A DNA stretch of 64,000 nt from a virus. Shown here piece by piece: positions 10,989-20,426 of the stretch. Position 1 is the stretch's first letter; every line of letters begins with the position of its first letter. The notes under the pieces are model-generated. The model did no database searches. It saw only the letters and a list, made by a program, of their open reading frames with translations, and was not told the origin of the DNA. The DNA lies in the IMG/VR virus record IMGVR_UViG_3300048582_000084, positions 17,137 through 81,136 of that record, one strand, 5' to 3'. The translations under genes were made by a program, and so were the position numbers.

Positions 10989-11525
10989 ATGCAGTACACT
11001 TACTACCGTTGGGCTGATCGTTCTTCCTGGCTCGCCGCCGCAGATTCCGCTGGTTGGGACCTCGATCACTCGGGGTCTCCGCTAGTTGAGGGTGTAGAAG
11101 CCATCGCAGGGCTCGCTCCTTCACCCGAAGGCGAGCCCTCTGACACGCGTTGGCATCTCGTTCTAGCGACGTCTTCCGAGCTACCGGAAGCCATCACCTC
11201 GGCTGAGCAGCCTACCACTGACGCGCCATTCTGGTGGTCTGGTGTCCCTCGCGAAGTGGCGGCTCCGGTCTCTCTGGCGCTTCCAGACCTAACGGCTAGA
11301 CAGCTACGCCTCGGCCTTCTTCTGGTTCTCGGGATGACTGCCGCCGACGTTGAGTCCCTAATCGAGAGCATCCCAGATGCCACGCAGCGTCAGGTCGCCC
11401 ACATCGAGTGGGAGTACGCTACGACCTACGTTCGGACGCACCCCCTCATTACTACCATTTCGTCTGCTCTAGGGCTGACAGACGCTCAGATTGATTCGGC
11501 TTGGGTATACTCCGCTTCGCTGTAA
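10989..11525 (+). CDS. Tail fibre assembly chaperone-like protein
   Basis: LTARQLRLGL...IEWEYAT...R.HPL...LGLT..QID motif; last gene of tail operon. Confidence 0.6.
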   Translation: MQYTYYRWADRSSWLAAADSAGWDLDHSGSPLVEGVEAIAGLAPSPEGEPSDTRWHLVLATSSELPEAITSAEQPTTDAPFWWSGVPREVAAPVSLALPDLTARQLRLGLLLVLGMTAADVESLIESIPDATQRQVAHIEWEYATTYVRTHPLITTISSALGLTDAQIDSAWVYSASL

Positions 11526-11558
11526 CCATCTGATAAATCTACAAACTCAATCTCGTTC

Positions 11559-11593
11559 AGCCGCACGATCTATGGTCGTGCGGTTTTCTTTTT
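11559..11593 (+). terminator. Intrinsic terminator ending the tail operon
   Basis: AGCCGCACGATC-TAT-GGTCGTGCGGTT hairpin followed by T-tract. Confidence 0.8.
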
Positions 11594-11696
11594 GACAATA
11601 AAGAGTGAAATAAAAGCCCGACATACTAAGTATAGTGTCAGTCTGATCGAAAGTACTTTATATGTAGCGCGAAGTAAAAAGCACTCAATAACGGTT

Positions 11697-11740
11697 TTGG
11701 TAAGGGAGAGGTCGAGAGTTCAATCCTCTCCAGCAGCACC
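11697..11740 (+). mobile_element. attP core: 3' half of tRNA-Thr(GGT)
   Basis: TTGGTAAGGGAGAGGTCGAGAGTTCAATCCTCTCCAGCAGCACC = anticodon loop, T-arm and acceptor 3' strand with no 5' half; ~95 bp from the integrase stop. Confidence 0.85.
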
Positions 11741-11833
11741 TCGGAACCCTTTGAAAAACCTCGGTTTTCTCAGCGGCTCCAATCCGGGTTTATCGTGCAA
11801 AACCCGATATTCAGGTACAAGTATAGAACGCAG

Positions 11834-12895
11834 CTAGAACGCTACAGCACGCATCGCGCCCGCCACGAACTCCGGGGAGTGGTGTCCATAGACGCGCTCC
11901 ACTACGTCCTTCGATGTGCTGGTGAATTTGGCGATTTCTTCGAAGGTCATCCCGGCCTGAACCATCCACGTAATCGCGGTATGTTTCAGCACATGCGCGC
12001 TGATGACCTCGATACCCGCCCGCTCGCACGCAGCCCTTAAAGCGACTTTAACGTCCTTGATCGGTTCCCCTCGGAACTCGATGACAAAAGACGTCTTCGC
12101 GCGCTCCTTGGCCGATTTGAGCGCCTCGATCAGCCTGACGTTTCCAGCGATGGGCGTCCTGCCCCGCCGCTTGTTCCCGACGTCGTCACCAAAATCGAGC
12201 GATTCATGTCCTGGGCGGCTCAGGTCCACGGATGACCAAGGCAGTGTCAAAATCGCCTCGCGGCGCTTGGCGCTCGTCAGTCCGATGAGAATGAACAGGG
12301 CGAGGTGCGGAGGTGCCGCCAGCATGAGGCGGTTCGCTTCTTCCTTCGTGATCCAGCGCGCTCGGCTTGCGCCTGCGGATAGTTCCACCCGGAAGGTCAC
12401 CTCTCGCTCGATCATATGCTCCGACCACGCCCAATTCAGCGCAGCCCGTAGCGACCGAAGCTCCTTGCTGACGGTTGCCTCGCCCACCGGCTGGTCACCG
12501 TAGCGCCCGCCCTTCCGGATCACAGGCTCTTCAAGGCGATCTTCAACGTAGTCGTTGACGACGGTCTGCGTGATGCTGTCCGCGTAGAGCGCTCCAAGAT
12601 GGCGCTTGAGGGGCGCGTAGCAGTACGGAAGCTGGCCAGGGCGCGCGACGGTCGGCGTTCGATACGTCACATAGGCATCGCATAGCTCTGCCACAGTAGG
12701 GCGAGCGGCAAGCTTCGGCTTTCTGTAGTCCTGCGCGAACCGTGTGCGTTGTGCTTCGGCTTCCTTGGGGTCTTTGGTGCCCGTCGCCTTGTCGCGCGTC
12801 TTCCCGGTCTCGGGGTCTGTGTAGCGAATGACGTAGTAACCATCATCGCGCTTCGTTAGATTGAAATTTGGGGACTGAAGTTTGGTCCTGGGCAT
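11834..12895 (-). CDS. int: Tyrosine integrase
   Basis: Arm-binding N-terminus (YYVIRYTDPETGK), catalytic R (SAKRREA), HVLKHT and VYGH motifs; next to tRNA-type attP. Confidence 0.9.
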   Translation of the reverse strand: MPRTKLQSPNFNLTKRDDGYYVIRYTDPETGKTRDKATGTKDPKEAEAQRTRFAQDYRKPKLAARPTVAELCDAYVTYRTPTVARPGQLPYCYAPLKRHLGALYADSITQTVVNDYVEDRLEEPVIRKGGRYGDQPVGEATVSKELRSLRAALNWAWSEHMIEREVTFRVELSAGASRARWITKEEANRLMLAAPPHLALFILIGLTSAKRREAILTLPWSSVDLSRPGHESLDFGDDVGNKRRGRTPIAGNVRLIEALKSAKERAKTSFVIEFRGEPIKDVKVALRAACERAGIEVISAHVLKHTAITWMVQAGMTFEEIAKFTSTSKDVVERVYGHHSPEFVAGAMRAVAF

Positions 12896-12912
12896 TTTTG
12901 CTCCTTACTAAA

Positions 12913-12940
12913 ATACCCTCGCGGTCTCCCGCGAGGGTAT
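12913..12940 (-). terminator. Terminator-like hairpin immediately upstream of the int RBS
   Basis: Perfect 12-bp inverted repeat ATACCCTCGCGG/CCGCGAGGGTAT with short U-tract. Confidence 0.6.
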
Positions 12941-12943
12941 AGC

Positions 12944-13129
12944 TTAATCTACGAGCTTGCGAAGCATAATTCCGCCGTCTGCGGTAACGACGCAGAGAAA
13001 CTCGTCGCCTTCCTTTGCACCGACGATATCGGTGATGATTTCGGGTAGAGGAAAGATTTCCCTACCCTTCTCGTCTTTCTCGACGGTCAGCCGAGTTCGG
13101 AAGTTGTAAGCTAGGCTCCAATGACTCAT
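12944..13129 (-). CDS. AbrB/MazE-like small DNA-binding protein
   Basis: LPEIITDIVGAKEGDEF...DGGIMLRK pattern. Confidence 0.5.
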   Translation of the reverse strand: MSHWSLAYNFRTRLTVEKDEKGREIFPLPEIITDIVGAKEGDEFLCVVTADGGIMLRKLVD

Positions 13130-13569
13130 TACCGTGCCCCCGTGGAGCCAAACGCTCCGTCGCCTCGATCCGTGTCCCCCAGCAGGCCGACTTCCACGAA
13201 TTCCGCCCGCTCAACGCGGGCGAATACCATCTGCGCGATCCGGTCTCCCGCATTAATGACGAAGCTGATATCCCCATGATTGATTAGGACGACACCAATC
13301 TCGCCACGATAGTCGGAGTCGATAGTACCCGGCGAGTTCAGGACAGTGACGCCGTGCTTCAAGGCAAGCCCAGAACGGGGGCGAATCTGCGCTTCGTAGC
13401 TATCAGGAATCTCCAGGCAGATTCCGCACTTCACCAGCGCTCGACTGCCTGGACCGATGATCAGATGTTCGGCTGAAATGAGGTCCATACCCGCAGCGCC
13501 CGCACTGGCGTAGAACGGGTAATTCCACTTTGAAGCATATGCTAGCTGATTGATCTTAACTTGCAGCAT
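13129..13569 (-). CDS. dut: dUTPase (trimeric)
   Basis: [31 protein letters not shown] and [10 protein letters not shown] motifs. Confidence 0.97.
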   Translation of the reverse strand: MLQVKINQLAYASKWNYPFYASAGAAGMDLISAEHLIIGPGSRALVKCGICLEIPDSYEAQIRPRSGLALKHGVTVLNSPGTIDSDYRGEIGVVLINHGDISFVINAGDRIAQMVFARVERAEFVEVGLLGDTDRGDGAFGSTGAR

Positions 13570-13576
13570 TTACGTT

Positions 13577-14026
13577 TTACCCTTCGTAGTCGTAGACGAC
13601 TGGCTGGTAGCTTGTCGCCGTTTCTTCGATGATTGTCTCAATGATCCGCCAGTTACCGCCGCCGAGACCGGCTCCGATGCGAGGCATGGCAATCTCGGTA
13701 ACTTTCTGAGCCTTGGCTTCGATGTTAATCGTTTCGAAGCACTTATAGATCGACTCGTAGTTGACTTGGCGCTTGTCGGTCCCGTATCCGCCCTGTGTGA
13801 TGGCGTTTAGGATACGTTTCCCGTTCGTCATTCCACCGTCGTAGACGCTACCGAGTTTAAGACCGAAGTTTTCATGCTCTTCGCGGTAGCTCTTATAGGC
13901 CTCGGGAAACTTCTCCCGAATGGTCTTGGCGACGCCACTACCCATGACGCCTAGAGCGTTGCAGCCGTGAACGATAACGCCCTCGGAAGCTTCCGTGACG
14001 TCGCCCTTCTTGTAGATGATCTTCAT
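13577..14026 (-). CDS. Macrodomain ADP-ribose processing protein
   Basis: KGDV...IVHGCNALGVMGSGVA and MPRIGAGLGGG motifs. Confidence 0.9.
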   Translation of the reverse strand: MKIIYKKGDVTEASEGVIVHGCNALGVMGSGVAKTIREKFPEAYKSYREEHENFGLKLGSVYDGGMTNGKRILNAITQGGYGTDKRQVNYESIYKCFETINIEAKAQKVTEIAMPRIGAGLGGGNWRIIETIIEETATSYQPVVYDYEG

Positions 14027-14790
14027 ATTTCCACTACCAAATTGGGGTTGAAGTTAGGATTTTCGAAACGCAGGCCCAGGCCGAACCTGTCGGTCGGGTA
14101 TCCGCGAGGGTTCGCAATTACGCGCGTCTTGCCGACCATGTAATCGTGGCTGGAATGGACATGACCGTGGACCCACAGAATCGGCTCGTACTTTAACATC
14201 ATCCATTCAAGGTCGCTGACGAACGCGGGGTTCAGCGGGCTTCCAATGAACTCTGGAGAGATTGACTGAGGCGACGGTGCATGATGCGTCATCACGACTG
14301 TCCTGTAGCTTCGGTACTTCTCCAACTGAACGCTTAGCCAGTCTACGGCTTCGTCGTGTAGGCTGCGCGTGTAGAATGGCGTTAGTCGGGCGTGTTCCTT
14401 ACCAACACCGATCAGCCGATAGTCCGACATTTGCATCGATGCGTATTGCATCGCTGTCACCTGACCGCCGTGGGCGAAATCGGTCCACAAGGTGCAGCAA
14501 AGAAACACCACGTCGTTGATGAGGGTGACCTTCATGTCGAGGAACCGAACGGATTGGTCCCTGTCGGCTTCGAACTCTTTCAGTAGGTCCTCAAGATTTT
14601 CCCCATAGAACTCATGATTCCCTGGAACCGCGAGGACTGGGCTCTTGTACCCAAAGGACTTTAAGGCTTCGATGCCCGCCGTCCCGTTCGCCACGTCGCC
14701 CGCGATCAGATTCACGTCGGCTTCTGGCGGCTTGTACGTCCAAGCGGGTGTGAACTCCAAATGGAGGTCCGACGCAATGTGTATCTTCAT
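14023..14790 (-). CDS. Calcineurin-like metallophosphoesterase
   Basis: SDLH, AGD, GNHE, THHAP and HGHVH motifs. Confidence 0.92.
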   Translation of the reverse strand: MKIHIASDLHLEFTPAWTYKPPEADVNLIAGDVANGTAGIEALKSFGYKSPVLAVPGNHEFYGENLEDLLKEFEADRDQSVRFLDMKVTLINDVVFLCCTLWTDFAHGGQVTAMQYASMQMSDYRLIGVGKEHARLTPFYTRSLHDEAVDWLSVQLEKYRSYRTVVMTHHAPSPQSISPEFIGSPLNPAFVSDLEWMMLKYEPILWVHGHVHSSHDYMVGKTRVIANPRGYPTDRFGLGLRFENPNFNPNLVVEI

Positions 14791-15086
14791 TTATTTCTTC
14801 CGAATAATTGCGCGTTTCCGCGAAGGGTGTTTTCTCGTACCGTTACCGGTTCAAGATGGTTTGGATTTACACAGGCTCGATTGCGGCATAGGTGGTCTAG
14901 CAGAAGTCCGCTCGGCACCGGGCCGACGATCTCTTCGTAGAGCGCCCTATGCGCCACGCGGCATCGGCCGTTGACTCGCAGCTTCGCGTAGCCGTTTCCC
15001 GTGTTCCAACCAGAACACACCCAACACCCACTTTCCGGATCGACTTTCATGCGACCGGACAAGCGAGTGTAGATTGATGTTGACAT
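14787..15086 (-). CDS. HNH endonuclease
   Basis: CWV...GY...AHR...LDHLCRNRACVNPNHLE. Confidence 0.9.
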   Translation of the reverse strand: MSTSIYTRLSGRMKVDPESGCWVCSGWNTGNGYAKLRVNGRCRVAHRALYEEIVGPVPSGLLLDHLCRNRACVNPNHLEPVTVRENTLRGNAQLFGRNK

Positions 15087-15124
15087 GAAAAAGGGGAGGG
15101 CCTTGCGGCTCTCCCCTTTCTTAT

Positions 15125-15178
15125 TTAGCCGCCGAACTTCTTAATGACGGTCGGCTTGCCGTCTTTCCATCCGCTCAT
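15125..15178 (-). CDS. Putative 17-aa microprotein MSGWKDGKPTVIKKFGG
   Basis: ATG after GAGGT RBS right after the nrdJ stop, ending before a terminator hairpin. Confidence 0.4.
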   Translation of the reverse strand: MSGWKDGKPTVIKKFGG

Positions 15179-15191
15179 ATTTTACCTCTTC

Positions 15192-17192
15192 TTAGCGAAC
15201 CGGGCAGGCGCCCGTAGCGCACTCGTCACCCGCATCGATTGCATCTTCGGACTGCTCCGACAGCGACTCGATATTGATGAACTTCAGACCAGCCACATAG
15301 GCGTCGTAGACTTCCTTCGTGACAGGCTCTTGGGGAAGGTAGGGATAGCCAAGATCGGCGGCGGTCTTCAGCGGATCAGCCCGCAACAGGAAACTGACTC
15401 CCACGTAGTGGTCCCAGTTCTCCATCAGCCAGTCGATGATGGCTTCAATCTCGCTCGGGTCGTAGGACACGGTGATCGAGCAGTTCTGCTCGACGTAGTT
15501 GTCCATTGCGACCTTGTAACGCTCAAGCTGGCTTACCGCCGACTCAAGGTTGACCTCAAGATCGCCCACCTTCTCAAACTCGACGTCTTCCCAGGCCACA
15601 GGCAGCGTGACCACCCAATCGTAGCCGTTCGGGTGCTGGAAGACCTTGTAGTTGCCATCACGTAGGACAGGCACCAGCGGGTCATGGCGACCGAATGCCA
15701 CATTGTTGAAGATGTACTTCGCCAGCGGCTTGTGGATGCCCTCAGGCGCGTCGTAGCACTTCGACCCAGTGCCTTCCGGCTTGATCGTGGTGACGTTCTT
15801 CGGACGCGGTGTCCCTAGTTCGTCAGCCATGCTGTACGCGCCCATGACAGCCGTGTTCTTCAGCATGCGGTATTCGTAGGGGCCAATGTCCGACCGCGCT
15901 GCGATGCCAGTCAGGCTGACGCCGCACAGGCGCAGGAATTGGTTGTTCTCATGCCACGCGCTCTGGAGGATTTCGTCCTTCAGGTTCACGCAGGTCTGGC
16001 GGTAGTTGGCCCGCGAGATGAGGTAGATCGCTCGCAGTAGGCCAGCGGGGTCATTCTTGAACCTGTTCAGTACAACCGTGACGAGGTTACAGAAGCCCTT
16101 GTTACTGAGCAAAATCTCCGCGCATGGATTTAGGCCAGAGAACCACGGAGCGCGGCTCAGCGCCGCCTCACCATTGATCATGCCCGGCTCCGACCCACCA
16201 GCGGCGAGCATGAGTTCGAACATATGCTTGAGGTCTTCGCGCTTCGGCTTCTTGTAGAAGACCAGGGAGTTGTTCGACTGCCCTCGCTGCATCTGGCCCT
16301 TAGACCAGTAGTCCTTCTTACAGACTGCGAAGTCTTCCCATTCGGGGGAGCCGTATTCGAACAGGCTGATCTGCGCGGAGCGCCGGGTCGAGAGAATCGT
16401 GCCCAGCCAGTTGACGATGTCGTGGATGTCCATCTTACGAAGAAGCTGACCCGCACGCCGGTTCATCAGTTCGCAGATCGCGCGATACGCCACAGCAATC
16501 GTCTCGTCGCCTTGGCTGATCCAGCCATAGCCGCGCAGCCGCACACCGGCAGGACGAATCTCGCTGAAATCTAGGACCAGCTTCTCGGCGGCATACTTGC
16601 CCGCCATCAGCTTACCGACCGACTTCGCCCAGGCCTCCGCAGAGTCGCCCACGCTGATCGTCCACGTCTTGGTCTCGGCATCCCAGGTCTCGACGTTCGT
16701 CTCGCGACCGCGTTCGCCTTCGTTCCACTGCTCAAGCGTGCGCTTGGAGCGAACGACCTCGATGTTGTGGATCGGCTTGGTGAAGCCCGACAATGTGCCT
16801 GTAATAGGCGAGAAGCCAACGCCGCACCCCTGAAGCAGCAGCCACAGGGCGTCCACAACGTCCGCTACGGTCTCGATGTGCGAGAACGCGCAGTTAAAAT
16901 TGGAGGCCTCACGGCGCCTAGCGACTTCAGTGCCGCCAAGCCAGAGGGTTCGGCCTGCAACGCCGACCTTGCGGTCTAGGAGTAGCTGGCGAAGTTCGGT
17001 AAGTTCGGCATCCTGGCTCTTGTTAAGAGGGCGACCTAGGGCTCGCTTCCAAAGCCACCGCTGGTGTTCGACCACCCGGTCGATTGTCTCTTCCCAACTT
17101 TCGAAGACAGTACCTTCGGCGTCGAGCGGGCGGTTGTACGTGCGGCGCGTAATAACCTGCGCGCGAAAAGACGGAGTATAAGTTGTAGTCAT
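15192..17192 (-). CDS. nrdJ: Class II (adenosylcobalamin-dependent) ribonucleotide reductase
   Basis: RRTYNR, AGRTLWLGG, FNCAF, NPCAEI, TTIKPEGT and C-terminal CATGACP. Confidence 0.95.
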   Translation of the reverse strand: MTTTYTPSFRAQVITRRTYNRPLDAEGTVFESWEETIDRVVEHQRWLWKRALGRPLNKSQDAELTELRQLLLDRKVGVAGRTLWLGGTEVARRREASNFNCAFSHIETVADVVDALWLLLQGCGVGFSPITGTLSGFTKPIHNIEVVRSKRTLEQWNEGERGRETNVETWDAETKTWTISVGDSAEAWAKSVGKLMAGKYAAEKLVLDFSEIRPAGVRLRGYGWISQGDETIAVAYRAICELMNRRAGQLLRKMDIHDIVNWLGTILSTRRSAQISLFEYGSPEWEDFAVCKKDYWSKGQMQRGQSNNSLVFYKKPKREDLKHMFELMLAAGGSEPGMINGEAALSRAPWFSGLNPCAEILLSNKGFCNLVTVVLNRFKNDPAGLLRAIYLISRANYRQTCVNLKDEILQSAWHENNQFLRLCGVSLTGIAARSDIGPYEYRMLKNTAVMGAYSMADELGTPRPKNVTTIKPEGTGSKCYDAPEGIHKPLAKYIFNNVAFGRHDPLVPVLRDGNYKVFQHPNGYDWVVTLPVAWEDVEFEKVGDLEVNLESAVSQLERYKVAMDNYVEQNCSITVSYDPSEIEAIIDWLMENWDHYVGVSFLLRADPLKTAADLGYPYLPQEPVTKEVYDAYVAGLKFINIESLSEQSEDAIDAGDECATGACPVR

Positions 17193-17270
17193 TTGTCCTG
17201 TTATTATTCTGATATTTCAAAGGCTTATATGGACCAGCGTAAAGCTGCGGTCCTGCAAAAAGGGGACGGG

Positions 17271-17669
17271 CTAATGCCCGATCCCCGTACCAGCCGACAC
17301 TACTCGCTGCTGGTGAATGCTGTACTCGCGGTCGAACAGCCGCCACTCGTAATTGTCGAGCCCGTGACAGGTCTTGAGATACGTCGCGACCTCTTCCGGC
17401 TCAAAATCGGCACAGGAATACAGGTCGAACTGGAGATTCGACGTCCCATCGAACCTGTCCCAATCATGCCACACCATGTGCGAGGTCGTTAGAAGGACCG
17501 CGCCCGTGTACCCTACATTGTCCTGCTCGTTACACTTCACCACGTTCGGCGGTGAAAGTACTTTCATCCCAACGAGACGGACGATGTTCAGCAGTGTATG
17601 GTAGATATCCGCTTCGGACGTGGGGCTCGTAATGAACCCCTTTAGAATCAAGTGCTTATGTGCAAGCAT
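17271..17669 (-). CDS. Divergent S-adenosylmethionine decarboxylase (SpeD)-like pyruvoyl proenzyme
   Basis: HLI...GYTGAVLLTTSHMVWHDW...FDLYSC; TSH replaces the usual ESH cleavage site. Confidence 0.7.
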   Translation of the reverse strand: MLAHKHLILKGFITSPTSEADIYHTLLNIVRLVGMKVLSPPNVVKCNEQDNVGYTGAVLLTTSHMVWHDWDRFDGTSNLQFDLYSCADFEPEEVATYLKTCHGLDNYEWRLFDREYSIHQQRVVSAGTGIGH

Positions 17670-17693
17670 GTGGAGTCCTGATAGAAACGGGGG

Positions 17694-17972
17694 CTATTCG
17701 CCCCCGTATTCGTATTCTTCTGGAAGGTGGTGGAACCCCATAGGAACGGTGTCCCGCCATTGGAGTCGATATATCTCGTCCCCGTTCTCGTCTAAGATGC
17801 CTGTAGGTACAGGGTCTTCGTCGTATAGGGTCTCGATTAGCGTACTTGCTGTCGAAGAATATCCCATGTCTTCGTCGTAGAAAATTTGGATAGCTGTCGA
17901 TCCGCCGCTTGATTGCCCGCCTGCTGCGGCGCTCTTGGCGAGACGCCGTTTGGTTTGGGCAGAGATACTCAC
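17694..17972 (-). CDS. Hypothetical protein
   Basis: ORF in operon, contains PTGILDENG motif. Confidence 0.5.
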   Translation of the reverse strand: MSISAQTKRRLAKSAAAGGQSSGGSTAIQIFYDEDMGYSSTASTLIETLYDEDPVPTGILDENGDEIYRLQWRDTVPMGFHHLPEEYEYGGE

Positions 17973-18019
17973 GAACTGAGCCTTTCGCGGCTTAGTTCCT
18001 GTGCTTTTGTTTCGAATAC

Positions 18020-18316
18020 TTACGGCTCCAATTCCACCACAACATTTGGGTTGTAGAGTGGACCGGCATAACTCTCTTCAACTTCTTGGACCTCGACCGG
18101 CTTAGGAAGGTCCTCAACAAGAACCATCTTCACTTCGACCACTTCACAGTCGATTGGGGGCTGGTTGCCGTTCCACCGGCACGGCTTGTTCATCCGAGTG
18201 ATAAACGCCCGCATAGGCCCCTTACCAGCGTAGTAAATCGCAGACTGTAGGTCAGGACTCGATGTCCTGTACCCCGTAACAAATTCACCTGTTGCAATGA
18301 CTCTTGCTACAAACAT
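18020..18316 (-). CDS. Hypothetical protein
   Basis: ORF with GAGGT RBS. Confidence 0.55.
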   Translation of the reverse strand: MFVARVIATGEFVTGYRTSSPDLQSAIYYAGKGPMRAFITRMNKPCRWNGNQPPIDCEVVEVKMVLVEDLPKPVEVQEVEESYAGPLYNPNVVVELEP

Positions 18317-18324
18317 TTTTCACC

Positions 18325-18576
18325 TCAAAGCGTTGTTGCGTGTGTGAAAACCGGACACCGAGAATACGGGCACGAATATCCATAGGCGGCATTGTTTTCG
18401 AATTTCACACCGCAGTGCCCACACTGGACACCCTTCTCAACTATAGGCTCTGGAATTGGCGGGATGATTCGATAGCCGTCGGGGGTGATGGTGTACTCTT
18501 CGATACTCCACCAACCCTCTGACCTGACACGCATCGGAGGCGGCGGTACCTTGGAAGGCGAATTAGGCGGCTTCAA
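18325..18576 (-). CDS. Hypothetical Cys-rich (Zn-binding?) protein
   Basis: CGHC...CPYSRC; TTG start coupled to thyX stop (start inferred). Confidence 0.45.
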   Translation of the reverse strand: MKPPNSPSKVPPPPMRVRSEGWWSIEEYTITPDGYRIIPPIPEPIVEKGVQCGHCGVKFENNAAYGYSCPYSRCPVFTHATTL

Positions 18577-19313
18577 GCAGTCAAAACCTTCCAAGATGTC
18601 GGGAACAGCGGCTCGATGATCTTGCCGACTTGGATCGCGAGGTCTTGAATTTCCTTCTGAGCGTGCGGATCGATCCGCTGCTTGTACATACGACCCCACG
18701 CGGCCAGAGAGCCGCTGACGTAGTAGGACGTGTACATCGACTGAGGCAGCACCATACGAGCCTGTTCGGGACACACACCGTCAAGCAACATTTCGCGGTA
18801 TAGCTTCAACGAGGACTCGATGTGCCGCGCGTATTTGCGCTTAATAGAACCTAATGGAAGGCCCGTGAACACGGAATCAGAAGAGCCTTGCTTTTTGTTC
18901 ACAGCGCGCTTGCGCCAATCCTCAGGAACGAAGAACGTCGGGGCGCTGTCCACGTAACGACGGCTGACCTCGTTGTACGAGAAGCCGACCATGTGCTTGA
19001 ACCGCTGACGCGCCACGAAGATCGGGACGGTCTCGCGCAGTGTGATGAAGCAGTGGCTGAACGGCGTCCAGTGGCCGTGCGACGCGAGATAACCGATCAG
19101 CTTCTCGTCTCGTTCCGAGAGCTTGTAGTTTCCGTCGCAGTGATCATCGCTTCGCGCATCAGAGCAAAAGTCCGCCCGAGACGATTTATCCTCGATATCC
19201 TGGCAGTAGCCGCACAAGCCCTTCTCCCACTCGCTCTCCTTATCGAAGGACACACGCGCAGCGTTCACGACTGTTAGGTCTGACCCAACATGCTGAATGT
19301 AAGAGGCTTCCAT
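18573..19313 (-). CDS. thyX: FAD-dependent thymidylate synthase
   Basis: VNAARVSF, HWTPF, PIFVARQ, NEVSRRY, EQARMVLP and HAQKEI motifs. Confidence 0.96.
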   Translation of the reverse strand: MEASYIQHVGSDLTVVNAARVSFDKESEWEKGLCGYCQDIEDKSSRADFCSDARSDDHCDGNYKLSERDEKLIGYLASHGHWTPFSHCFITLRETVPIFVARQRFKHMVGFSYNEVSRRYVDSAPTFFVPEDWRKRAVNKKQGSSDSVFTGLPLGSIKRKYARHIESSLKLYREMLLDGVCPEQARMVLPQSMYTSYYVSGSLAAWGRMYKQRIDPHAQKEIQDLAIQVGKIIEPLFPTSWKVLTA

Positions 19314-19549
19314 TAGCGCGACGCCAACCACTCTACGAGGTCGGTATAGCCGCCAATCAAGCCATGCTCTTTCGACGCGCCTGCGACGTAAATCTGTGGA
19401 ACGGTCATGAAACCATGCGCCTTGAAGTCGGCCATATGCGCGTTGACGCTTAGGTCGCGAACTTCAAACTCGTACCCAAGGCGTGTCAGCAGAGCCTTAG
19501 CTTTGTCGCACCATGTACAGGACGACTTAGAATAAACGATGAACTTCAT
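19313..19549 (-). CDS. Glutaredoxin
   Basis: CTWC, TVPQI, IGGYTDL. Confidence 0.92.
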   Translation of the reverse strand: MKFIVYSKSSCTWCDKAKALLTRLGYEFEVRDLSVNAHMADFKAHGFMTVPQIYVAGASKEHGLIGGYTDLVEWLASR

Positions 19550-19893
19550 TATGGGTTTTGAATACCGTCAATACCGTTCGATGCGTAGGCGGCACTAATG
19601 GAGCCTCGGATCAGTTTGTCGGACGCCACTAGGACAGAGGCTTTGGCTTCCGCGAGCCCCTTAGCCTTTTCAGCTTCTTCCCGCTTCGCGCGTTCAATCA
19701 TGACGCCGAGATAGAACTGCGCCTTTGCCAAGTCTTGGGCGCCGCCTTTATGCCGCCACCGCCAGAGGTACTTGAGGATATTACCCTTGAGCCAGCCAAG
19801 AAACTCGTCGGCTGTCATGCTCGCTTCGATGGCCTGAATGGCCTCGATACCGCCCTGCGTATAGTGAGCAGGGTAACTTACTGGATCATTCAT
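19549..19893 (-). CDS. DUF3310 / T7 gp1.7-like nucleotide kinase
   Basis: DPVSYPAHY...IEAI...GNILKYLWR...DLAKA.FYL. Confidence 0.85.
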   Translation of the reverse strand: MNDPVSYPAHYTQGGIEAIQAIEASMTADEFLGWLKGNILKYLWRWRHKGGAQDLAKAQFYLGVMIERAKREEAEKAKGLAEAKASVLVASDKLIRGSISAAYASNGIDGIQNP

Positions 19894-20425
19894 TCCGTAG
19901 TTTTACTTTCAGTGATTTAGCCGCTTCATCTGCGATGGTGTAAGCTTCCGCAATCATGGACACGGTTTCCCGGTACACGACGCCCCCTCGCTTGAGCGTG
20001 TCTTCGATCTTGGCCGATATCGGCGCTTCGTCGATCTCTCCGTGAACACGCGCTTTGCTCTCAAAGGCGTGGCGACGCGTGACGAAATAATTGAGAGACG
20101 GGTACATGTTGTGATAATGCACACACACGTCGAAGAACGCGGCAGGGAGGTCTTCACCGTAGACGGGCGAAAGTAGAATAGGGCTATCGCAGACGACTAT
20201 ATCTGCGTGTCCCTCACATCGGGCGATCTGCCAATGCTGGCGACCGGCGATGTAGATTTGACACCGAAGTGCCTTGTGCGCCTCGTCGTAGACAGCGAGT
20301 TTCGCGATCTCGTCTGGACACTCGGTAGAGAATTCGGGGTACTTCGTTTTGAGTATCCCCGCGACAAGAAGAGCAAGCGTAGATTTTCCTGCCCCCGGCG
20401 CGCCGAACAGATTTACTACCAGCAT
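19886..20425 (-). CDS. P-loop nucleotide kinase (NadR/AAA_28-like)
   Basis: NLFGAPGAGKST Walker A; DSPILLS. Confidence 0.75.
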   Translation of the reverse strand: MLVVNLFGAPGAGKSTLALLVAGILKTKYPEFSTECPDEIAKLAVYDEAHKALRCQIYIAGRQHWQIARCEGHADIVVCDSPILLSPVYGEDLPAAFFDVCVHYHNMYPSLNYFVTRRHAFESKARVHGEIDEAPISAKIEDTLKRGGVVYRETVSMIAEAYTIADEAAKSLKVKLRNE

Positions 20426-20426
20426 T

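Noticed and set aside
11697-11740. Possible tRNA-Thr gene
   Set aside because: Only the 3' half is present; interpreted as the attP core.
17195-17270. Cobalamin riboswitch upstream of nrdJ
   Set aside because: Leader is too short and lacks a B12-box; only a hairpin and a terminator are present.
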